Assembly: GCA_013265495.1 (NCBI GenBank)
Contig: MU059330.1
Coordinates: 13,195,869 to 13,259,868, forward strand
Direction: 5' to 3'
From: Vicugna vicugna
Lineage: Eukaryota
Length of the DNA: 64,000 nt
In this document: piece after piece, positions 1-10,092 of the stretch
Layout of the letters: the number at the start of each line of letters is the position of its first letter
How positions within the stretch are numbered: position 1 is the first letter of the stretch
Translations under genes and position numbers: made by a program
Notes under the pieces: generated by a model
Told to the model about the DNA's origin: nothing
Database searches by the model: none
What the model saw: the letters and a program-made list of their open reading frames with translations, nothing else

Positions 1-2826
1 ATGAGCCCTGGGCTCCCGGACAGGCCACGAGCCCAGCCTCCCGCCTCTCGGAGGGGGCCCCTCCTTGTCACAGCCCCCTCGAACCCAGAACGGACTCCTC
101 TTGGGGGCCCCCCTCGCCTCCGGCCGAGGGAAGGGTATTTCTGGGGTGTGTCTGTCCTCTCCTGGACGAGCGTGTGCCCGCGTGTCCAGGTCCACTTGTC
201 CTTGGGATGTCAGAGGGAGTGGGGGTGCAGGGGTGGCGAGCAAAGCTGCTGAGAGGACTCTCCCTGGGCCGCCGGGGGCGGGGTCATATCTGAACAGCGA
301 CCTTGGCCGTGGGGAGGGCTCGGGCCCCGTGCTCAGCCCAGGCCAGGCCCTGCACCCAGGATTCTTTCAGCGTCTGATGCGCCACACACGTGCGTTACCC
401 TGGGAGCAGCTGCGGCCCCACTTGACCCACAGGATTGATATGGGTGGGCTGGGGACTCAGGGCTCAGACAAACCAACCAGCACCCAGTTGTCACCCGTCC
501 ACCTCCACCCTGTTCCCAGTGCCCTCTGCCCAGGACCCCAAAGCCATGGGTGCAAAGTCACCTGGGATTGTCCCCCTCGCATTCCCGATGGCCAAGTTCT
601 GCTGCTGCCATGGCCGCAAGGAATCTGAATGACGATGGGTGTCAACCGTGGTGAAAGCAATTAGTAATGTAATTAATAATAATAATAAAGATCATTGTGA
701 GTATGCAATCTTCTGACTTACGAGCTTTTCAATATCAAAAAAATTCATGGAATTTACTTCCAGGGGATTTTAGACTGAGCCAAGCTCCCGGTGGGGGAGG
801 CAGCAGCCGCCGGCTCCCCATGCTCCCTGAGGTCCCGCCAGGTCCGTGCAGCCCTGTTGCTGTGTGAGGATGTGACCCCAGCGAAGCGCTCTCCCTGGGT
901 GCGGGGTGCACACCTGGGCAAAGGCGCGTGCGGGGCTTTGTTCCTTTCAACCAGGTACCTGTGGGCCTGGGGGCTGCTGGCTTTTCTCAGAGATGCTCCA
1001 GGGTGCACGGGCGGCCCTGACCTCAGTGCCTGCTCACCTGAGGAGGTTCGACCAGGGATGGGCTCGGGGCCAGACCCCGGGCGCCCCTCCGCGCGGTGCA
1101 CTGGTGCGGGCGGGGCTGCGCGGTCGCTGTGACACTTGTTGGGCTCGAGGACAGCCTAGGAGCTGAGTCAGCACAGACTCATCACCTCGTCCAGCTCTCC
1201 GCTCACTTATGTGCAATTTGGCAGAAACTAGGAAATATAGTGGCTTCTATTTTTAACTGTGAGGCAGGGCTATTCTGCTCAGAATGATTAAGTTTTAGTG
1301 CCTCCCGAGGGCCCTCGGTGACAGGGGAAATTCCAAACTACACGGTGAAGTTTGTAAGTCACTTCACAAATGTATATATTGGGATTCTGAGAACAAATAA
1401 ATAGTCCTTTAAAATATACAGAGAGATATTGAATTGACAAACAGTGTGTAAGTACACATAATCGCATGGCAGTTTCATTCTAAATCAATCACGTGGAAGG
1501 TCAGCGGCGTGCAGCTCCCCGGGCGCCCCCCTGCTGGGAAGTCGCGTGTCTTTCTGAACCTGTGCTGGGTGCTGCGCGGCTGAGAAGCAGACAGACCCGT
1601 CCGGGTTCCTCTGCTGATACTTTATATGTCAGGGTCACAGATCTTTGCTTTTCAGCCAAAATTAAACACCTTCCCGCACTGATTCTTCCCTCCTGCTATT
1701 TAAAAATGATTCATTTTGCATTCATTTGAAACTCTTTTTGGAAAAATAACTTTTCTGAACACTTATAAAAATAAGAGGACAGTCAAAATTAAGCCCTCGA
1801 CATGGCTGACACTTAATGACTGTTGGACCAGCAGCTTCTCTTTGACTGTGGGGACGGCGGGCTTCAGACCAGCCTCAAGGACGTGGCTCAGGCGGGAGGG
1901 GACTTGAGAACTCAGACCTGTCGTGCGGCCACCAGGCTGCACCTCTTCCATCCCGGAGATGGAACAGTCGATGAGGCTAACTGCAATGATGCGTGTGATC
2001 ATGTATCCGCAAAAGGCACTCCTCAGTCGTCTGGAGGGCGATGGCTGAAATGGAAGCCTCTGTGCGTCGTGTCTCTGTGAACAGTCACCCTCATTACCTG
2101 ACAGGCCGCACCTAAGACACAGGGACCAGGGGAGCCTTGGACTGACTCTGAGGCAGGACCATGACACTGTAGGTGGCTGGGCGCACCTGCGGGAGACGTG
2201 GCCCACGTCATTGCCGCCTCCTCAGGCTCAGCCCCTTCCTTCTCCCTCGCTTCCTTCCTTCTGTGGAGTCTGGAAAAGTGGCACGTTTTCTCCCCAGCAC
2301 CTCCTGCTGCTGGGCCTGGACCACAGACCCCGCCGAGGCCCTCAGGCAGGACAGAGAACGGCTGCGGTGTGCGGGGGTGTGGGCAGGAGAGGGGCTCGGA
2401 GAAAACCTTTCTTCCCTGATGATAATCAAAACACAGCACGCTGTCTGCATTTCCTGCCTGGTCCCCTCCTCCCCACGAGCCGCTGAAGGAGAAGCGCTGC
2501 CCGGAGGGCCGGGGCGGGCTCAGGCTCTGCAGTGGACAAGAGACGGGACGTGCGGAGACCGTGGTACCCGGGACATGTGTGCGTTGGCACTCCCAGCCAG
2601 GAGCTTGTCATTTCGTGCCTTCCTCCTCGAAGTCCTCTTGCAGGGCACTTGCAGCCGGAAGCAGTCCCAACGGACCTGAGAGGACACCCAAAGGAAGGAC
2701 TGGCCAAAGCCACCAGAACCCGCGCTGGAGGGACGTCCCACGGCGACTCTAAAGAGTATCAGTGAGAACGCTTGCCGGTCAGCGCTGACTGAGTGCAACG
2801 CGGCTGGCGGATGTGTTGGTCACCTT

Positions 2827-2882
2827 AACACAATCCTTTGCGTGTGGCAGGTGTTCGGCAAATACTTTTGCATGAATGAATG
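2827..2882 (+). mobile_element. LINE-2 3' terminal fragment
   Basis: aacacaatcctttgcgtgtggcaggtgttcggcaaatacttttgcatgaatgaatg resembles the L2 3' end (agcacagtgcctggcacatagtaggcgctcaataaatatttgttgaatgaatgaa, recalled consensus). Confidence 0.55.
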
Positions 2883-5800
2883 ATCTCAGTTCTCCATGGT
2901 CCCCTTGTTGTCTCTGAAATGTCTCTGACGTTGAGGCTGAAGCTCACGGCAGAGAATCTCTTCCTCCACGGCCCCAGGTAGCAGGCTGAGCGCGGTGCGC
3001 ACACAGCGAGCCAAGCGGCAGGTGGAGGTGGCCCTGGGCGCCGTCGGTGGAAGGGGAAGGGATGTGTGGGTGTGAAGTTACTTTCTGTTCCCTTCCCCCC
3101 CCCCCCCGACCGACCATCTGGGCAGCCAGGAGGCTGCCTGTGCTTCCTGCCTTCAGGGCGGGAGGTACCGAGGAAGCGGCCGTCTCCTCTTCACACTATA
3201 GCTTCTGAGTCTGCAAACCGCCGTCCTCACTGGGCGGTCCTGCAGAGGTGGACCTCCTTCCTCTGCGTCAGGATCGGCTCCCTCGGAAGCTGCTTGGTCG
3301 GGGGCAGTCAGGTGGCGGCGGGCAGTGCGTCCCATCCCATCCGTCCCCCTCCCGCGCCTGCCTCTCTGCCCCCGCCGCAGCCGCGTCTGTGCTGGGCTGT
3401 GATCCCGCTTCCCGGGCCCCGCCCCCTCCCGAGACTTAGGCTTGGGTGGCTCCTGTTGGTCCGAGGTCTGAGCACACTTGACTTCTGACTCTGGGAGCCA
3501 CCCTGAGTCCTCCCGAGCTGCCAGTGGGGCCCCCGGCTCTGCCCAGGGCACGTGCCCCATCCAAGCCCTCCTTCCTGCCTGCGAGTCGGGGGCCTTCGGG
3601 CAGTGGGCAGGGCCCCTGACTCAGACCTTCCTTCCCTCCCTTGGCAGAAGGACACTTGGCATTCACTGTGCCCCTCTCTGTGAGGTGGGCTCACTGCCCT
3701 GTGGCCACCAGGCTCTGTGGGGTTCAAAGACTGGTAAGAGGCCCCACGGAGGGCAGGTCTCCAGTCACAAGACGTCTGCCTGCACCCTCACCACTCATGT
3801 CACGAAGACAAAGACCAGAAAACACAAAGAGCACCCCTCTCCCAGCACGTCAAGTCGTCACGTGGGAACCAGCTTCGCGGGGTCCACAGACATCGGCCCC
3901 AAGCCCCTCGGATGCCCAGAGGCTGCCCTTCGCAGGTCACGAAGCCTCCGTGAGATAATGACCATCCCCACGGCGCCCGGCAGCCTGACCCCCGGAACTG
4001 GTCGCAGCCCCGACCACAACACCCAGCCCTGCCCTCCCGAGCCCCCACCCTTCCCGTCCCCTCACCGTCAAGCCCTCCGACAACTGTGCACGAACGGATG
4101 ATGCATCTGAGACCCACCCGGCGCCCACTGTCCCGTCAGCATGAGGACACTGTGCTGTAAAGCCACTCCCTTACAGGAGGCCCCAGCCAGCGGCCCTCGG
4201 GGCACACACGCCTCTGCCCCTGCCTGCCCACCGCTGCCTGCCGCACTGTAGCTGACGGCTTTTCTTTACTTCTGGTAAATTCTTCTACTGCCCGCGGGAC
4301 CGGCCTGCTTGTCCCACAGCAGCTCTGGTCTATGACGATTCAAGGAAAGCCTTCGGAGCTCAAGAAATGCTTTTGTTTGTTTGTTTGTTTCTTCGTTTTC
4401 TCAAGAACTTGGCTTTTGCAGTTGAGTTCTAGCTCCCAAATCTCGTGGACTCTTTTTTAAAAAAGGTGATTTTGAGAGTCACGGCTGAGCAGTGGCTCCC
4501 TGGCTCGCAGCTCCACCTGTCCTGCCCCTGGGGCTGGGGCTGCCTCGATTTAGGGAGAAATGAGCTATTAGCTAGATGAGCAAGGACAGGAATGAGAAAC
4601 CACCGGGCTGAAGGAAATAACAGGACACCAGGAGTACCTGGCAGAGGGAGCTCGCAGCCCCAAGCTTCTGTCAACTCCAGGAAAGACCCTCCTCTGAGAA
4701 GCCGGGCCCTCAATTCTGGGAACCAGATATTGAGAGAAGACCCTCCCCTGAACTCGAGGAGCTTAGACGGAAGCCTCTAGAGCAGAGGCTGGTGGCGTGG
4801 CCTACAGACAGTGACCTGTTTCTCTGCATCGACAGCATCAACATTGCTATCCCCGAGAATCTCTTCAGGGAGACCGGCTGTGTCGTTGGCGGTGAGGCTC
4901 GCAGACTCTGCAGCACAGGCCTCTCCCAGGAGGCAGACGGAAGCCTCCTGTCCTTGCTTAGAAACAGTTACAGAGGCTGGTTAATGACGACTGACCAATT
5001 GCTCACTAGTCCGCTCGTTCACTCAACACACACACGTTCACCGTCAGCTCCGAGGGAAGCTCTGCGTGGGGCCCTTTTCCCCTACGCCCGAGAGCTGGCA
5101 GTGGAAAAATCGAGGTGAAAGATTACCGAGTACCAACATCAAACCAAAAACCTTTAAAACGACTCATTGTTCATTCTAAACCAGAGAGGCTCTGTAAGTG
5201 GTGTGAGAAAGCGATTGGATTTCGGAATATAAAGCTGTGAGTGAAGCAAAGGGAACCCTGAAGAAATGTTTTCGGAGTTCAAGACTTTAACCTCCTAAAG
5301 CCGTTTTTTTAAAGATAAAATTTGACTTTATGGAAATCATAAGTGACGTTACTACAAACCCAGTTCAACCGACTGCATATAAAATCTCCATCACCTTGCC
5401 TCAAGGTACAAAAATAAAGTTCACCGCCACTGAATCAGACTAAAATATTCATCCATCAGGACTTTGTCGACCATGGTCTTGATGGCATTTAAATTGAATT
5501 TAATATAAATTTAAAGGCATCTCCATTTAATGTCATGAATAATGTGGGGTCATCATCGACTTCAATTTTAATCCCTTAAAGGTAGTTGGTTCCACTGCCT
5601 TGATGCATTTATCATTGGGAGTTACTTGTTACAATACACATTTATTTTTAACACTTCGTGATTTTAAATTTGCAAATAATACTGACGCCAGAGGTAGGAC
5701 CCCAGTGTCAATGTCGTGCTCCTGAACTGGTTCCAGAAGCGACTGCCAAGCGACTTCAGGGCCCAGGGAGGAGGGGAGGCCCCGGCCCAGGCCCCAGCTC

Positions 5801-7540
5801 AGAAAGTGCCTATTTTAAACACGCTGATGGCATGGACTGTGTGCACAGGCCGTCTATAAACAGCCTATAAATATTCTATAAATGCACAATGGAAGAGAAT
5901 TAGACTTCTTTTTTGCATAATGTTTTTTCCCCCAACTTTGTTGTTTAAAGCAGGTAACAGGATCCATTGACAGCTTTCAGAAGTGGGCGTCTGACACGTA
6001 CATTGTAGGGAGTGTTTTGTGTTTGGTGCCTGTGCGCCCGGGGGATGACCCCCATTCATGGTGTCCAGATGGGACAGAAGCTTCCAGCAGCAAGGCCAGT
6101 GACGGTGTGTGTTGAAATGTGCGGGCGTGGTCACCACGGAGAGTCCGTCTCCCTGTGATGGTCTGTTAGCCACGAGCGAGTTGCCTGACCAGTCACCTCT
6201 CCTCTGTGAACTGTAACTAAACATGCATTTGGGGCCAGAATTGTAGATATTTTGCTTAAACTGTGTGTGAACCAACTTCATTTTTGAGGACAAGGGTATG
6301 CTAAATTCTGTGAATGGATGCTTTATTTTTTCTCTGAAGTTTGGTTTTAGGCTTTTTTGAGATCTACATTTGCCTATCTGCTGGAAAAAGAAAAGTATTG
6401 ATTTTGGAAAATGACTGTACATGGTACAGAACGTCACAAGAATGCTCTGGAAATGGTACGCTCTGCTTCCGAGTGGTCCTCTGATGGTTTTGCTTCTCTC
6501 AGGAGGGCGTGTGATCCGAGAATTTGTGGAGATACCCCGAACCTGGAGTGACCTCTCACGCTCTGAGCAGGGGTGGGGTCCTGCCTGGTTCCTCCCAGGT
6601 CTGGCTGTAACTATCGGACTCCTTCCTGGATGCTGGGAGCTCCTGTTTGGTGTCGCCGGATTACGAGGGGGCACCTGCAGCTCAGATCGTCCACTGCCCG
6701 AAGGGGAGATGGGGGCCTGGACGGCTGGAGAGGGAGGGCAGAGGCCTGTCTAGCGCTCAGAGCGCCTTCCGCACCGGCCACCTGCAACCACTGCGTCTTC
6801 CAAGGGCAGGTCCATCCTGGGTGCTGGAGTCATCCGGCTAATTCACTGGTCAGTGTGAGCAGGGACCTCCATCTATCCCAGCACCCCGAGGCCTCATCTG
6901 CCCCGAGGCAGAAGCTCCCTTCAGAGGCCTCTGCCCTGTAAAAAGGGTCAGAGGTCCATATGAAAAAAAATTTCAATGAGATTTCGAGTGCACTCTCAGA
7001 GCACATGGACGAGTTCACTTCTAACCTGACTAGTGAACGCCTTCCCACCACGATCCAAATAAAGATGCAATTAAAGCAAGAAAAGTAATAAAACCACGCT
7101 GTACAAAAGTGCGCGTGGCCCCAAACCCCCCAAGTCACCTTGATCCAAAGCAACACCAACTGGGGACACAGTAACAGCTCCTATCTTAGCTTTAGGGCTA
7201 AAAATCTTAATTTTTAAGATGTTTTAAATAGTCAAGGGAAAAACAGACCCGAACACTCAATAGATGAGTGTTCATCTCATGTGTGACAAGGAAAGACATG
7301 TCGCTGAAAATGCAAGCACGTGAAATTACCTTCAAGCCCACGGATAGAGGTCCGGCCTCACACGTGTAAGAGAAAGGCAACCCGTGGAGGGAAGTTGGAC
7401 AAAAGCTAGCAAAACTGCCCGGCAGCCACCCCCAGCCCTCAGCACCTCTCCTGGAGGGTGTGCCGAGGTCTTGTCTCCACACTGGGAAGCAGGGCTGGCC
7501 CAGGAGTTCTCGCTGCAGTGAGACATCCAACGTTGCCAAC

Positions 7541-8001
7541 TGCGGTGGGGTGAACGGTGGCCTCTGAAGACTGTCCGCGTGCTGACCCCAGACCTGTGAA
7601 CGGCATCTTATTTGGGAAAAGGGAAAAGGGAAGATGTGATGAAGGGTTCTGGAATGAGGCGCTTTCCCTGGACTCCCTGGGTGGGCCCTAGATCCAATGT
7701 CAGGGCTCCTGAGAGTGGGAGGCAGACAGAGATTAGACGGGCAGATGTAGAACAGGGGTCCCGGAGGAGGTCCCGTGAAGATGGAGGCAGAGATTGGAGT
7801 GATGGGACCACAAGCCTGGGACACCAGGACCATCAGCAGCTGAAAGGGGCAGGATGGACCGTCCCCTGGAGACGAGGCAGCATGGCTGGGCCAGCGCCTT
7901 GGTTCACTCTGACTCCCAGAGCTGTGAGAGAACACATTTTTGGTGTTTTAAGCCCCTCAGTTTGTGGTGCATTGTCACAGCAGCCACAAGAGAAGAGCGC
8001 A
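7541..8001 (+). mobile_element. ERVL-MaLR solo LTR, MLT1C/D-like
   Basis: Collinear over ~460 bp with the MLT1 consensus: tgcggtggggtgaacggtgg start, gggtgggccctagatccaatg, gtgaagatggaggcagagattggagtgatg, ccagagctgtgagagaacacatttt, ttttaagcccctcagtttgtggt, cagcagccacaag end. Confidence 0.85.
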
Positions 8002-8416
8002 GGGAACCCGTCGGGGAGAAGGTGATCACAGACCAGGAAGCCACACGGGGAAGGGGTGTCCGAGCCCCCTCCAGCCGCAGGGTATGGGGCACCTGGGGAC
8101 GCTGTGATGTCAGGCACGCAGGACGGAGAATACCCTTGCGTCGGAGAGACGGCGAGAGGAGCACGGCGGCGCCTGCTCGCTCTGGTGAAGTGGACGAGGA
8201 AAGGGTCCACGGGCCCGGCGGTGAAGGCGGTCACTCGGGAGAGGAGGGGGCAGGGAGGGAAGCGCCGGGGTGGGGGGGACTGTACACCGCCCTGGAGCAC
8301 GCAGGCCGCGTGCTGAAAGGGGGACATCCCTGCCAATCCTGAGTCATCGGGAAGACCTGGGTTTTCTCAGAAAAACACGCCAAGTCGCTCCCAGCCTGCT
8401 GGAGGGTGCCGCTTAC

Positions 8417-8532
8417 ACCGGGAGGCCGGAAGGCCGGGCGAGAGGGCGCGCGGCAGGCTCCCGGCAGAGCCCCGCGCAGGGGCCAGGGGCCGCCGGGCCT
8501 GCGCCCCGGGACGCGGCCGCGCAGAGGCGGAG
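8417..8532 (-). other. Candidate non-coding first exon of a minus-strand gene (5' end lost in gap)
   Basis: Minus strand reads ...ccttccggcctcccggt|gtaagcggc, with the GT at 8416-8415. This donor sits at the edge of the CpG island, where first-exon donors usually lie. Confidence 0.35.
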
Positions 8533-8576
8533 NNNNNNNNNNNNNNNNNNNNNNNNNNNNNNNNNNNNNNNNNNNN
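8533..8576. other. Assembly gap (44 N)
   Basis: Run of N in the most GC-rich part of the island. Confidence 0.99.
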
Positions 8577-9896
8577 GCGGCCCGCGGGAGGCGCGGGCGG
8601 GGGCCTGGAGCTCGGGGCGCCGAGGCCGCGGGCCCGTGTCCGCGCAGGCCGGGAGGAGGGCGGCCCCGCGGCTCCCCGGAGTGAGCGGGGGACAGCAGGC
8701 GCTTCCGAGGCGGCAGCTCCCGCTGTATTTAGTGTCCAGAGGTCTTTCTGGGCTGTCTCGTGTCCCGTTCGGCATCCAGAGGAAGGGGCTTATTAAGCTG
8801 GGGACCCCGGGGAGGTTTAGAGTCTCTTCTAACGAAAAAAGCCAACGAACGAGGAGCGCGTGCAGGGGGAGGAGGAGGAGCGGTGGTCCTTCCCCGACAC
8901 GCAGGGCTACGTGACGGCGGAGAGGGAAGCCCCTCCGCGCAGGGCTCAGCCACGCCGGTCTGCGGCGGGCGCGCACGGCTGTCACGGGGGCTCGTGTCCT
9001 GCGCGCGGCCTAACCCGGCCTCGTCCCGTCACTGGCAAGGGGGCCCTGCATCAGTGACTTTGGCCGCGGCCGTGTTTTCTCATCATCAGTGTTTTCTTCT
9101 AAAAGGGCCAAAGGGAGCACTTTCCGAGACCGGAACCGCCCCAGCACTGCGCCCCCGGGCCGCTCCCTCGCCCCCCCCCCCCACCCCCCCCTGCAGCACT
9201 GACCCGCCTTCTGGTTTTTTTCCAGGAGGCGCTTTGATAGCTGCTCCCCAGTTCCCTCATCGGTGCCTTACAACCTCTTACAGTGGGCTACCCCAGCGCA
9301 GTTTCTGAGTAAAGGATCTGGCAAAGAGCTCACTTGTGAGGCAACACGGGAGGGGGCCAGGAGACCCCAGGGGACGTGCCTTGGTGGGGTCACTGAGACG
9401 TTTATCCACTGGCTCCCACTCCAGTGGCAGCAGGTGGCTCCCCAGGCAGAGAGAAGACAAGTCGGGGCCAGAAGCCTTGGCGGGAACGGAGCTTCCTGCA
9501 CAGGTGGCCTCCCAGGTGGGTGTCGGGGGTGGGGCCTTCTGCTCCAGCCTCATCATGGCCACCACATCATCTTTGCTGGGGGGCATCCGCTTCCAGTCCC
9601 TCCACGCCGGCCCCACACACTTGCCATGTCTCTGCCTTGTCAGCGCAGCCAGCCCCACTCAGCCTTCTCCAGGCCCCTGCTGCACCCAGGCTCCGCCCGG
9701 TTTCCCTGTTCTCTGCGGGATGCTGGGAGGAGCACCCACACCTCCCTGTCCGTCTCCACAACTCACACCTTAGTCTCCTCCAGCTGGCCCTGTTGACATG
9801 TTTTGTCATTCCGTCCAAAGGCAGCTTTGTGGGCCCCCGTCCATGGCCTCCAGGCTTTCCTCCTCTGCATCCTGGTCTTCCGTCCTCCTTCCCCAG

Positions 9897-10092
9897 GTGT
9901 CCCATCTCTCTCTGCTGATGCTCCTCCCCTTCTCCTCCCTGTGTGGGCAATTCCTTGAGGTCCCTACACTTCGTGGCGTCAAAAGATGTGCCTCCAAATG
10001 GCCAGATGTGCCCATTGGACCTAGGACCGGGGGAGAAGCCCGGTTTGTACTGGTACCTCATTCTCCAGCGACTTGGGAAGTGGCTGAGAGCG
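9897..10092 (+). other. Candidate spliced exon (196 nt) of a divergent plus-strand transcript
   Basis: Acceptor gtcttccgtcctccttccccag|G and donor GCG|gtgagt. A possible upstream donor CAG|gtgggt lies at 9515/9516. No transcript evidence. Confidence 0.3.

Larger units (their letters stand above)
8380..9200. promoter_or_regulatory. CpG-island promoter (probable TSS region, partly in assembly gap)
   Basis: Highest CpG/GC density in the window. GC boxes (gggcgggg ~8595-8602, gggcgg ~8658), CCGGAA ETS-like motifs (~8426, ~9130) and tacgtgac CRE/E-box-like site (~8908). No coding signal. Confidence 0.75.

Noticed and set aside
7207-8025. 242-aa minus ORF and 137-aa plus ORF
   Set aside because: They lie largely within the MLT1 LTR.
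8270-9308. Multiple 180-214-aa ORFs over the CpG island
   Set aside because: Overlapping R/G/P/A-rich frames on both strands, some spanning Ns, are expected in a stop-poor CpG island.
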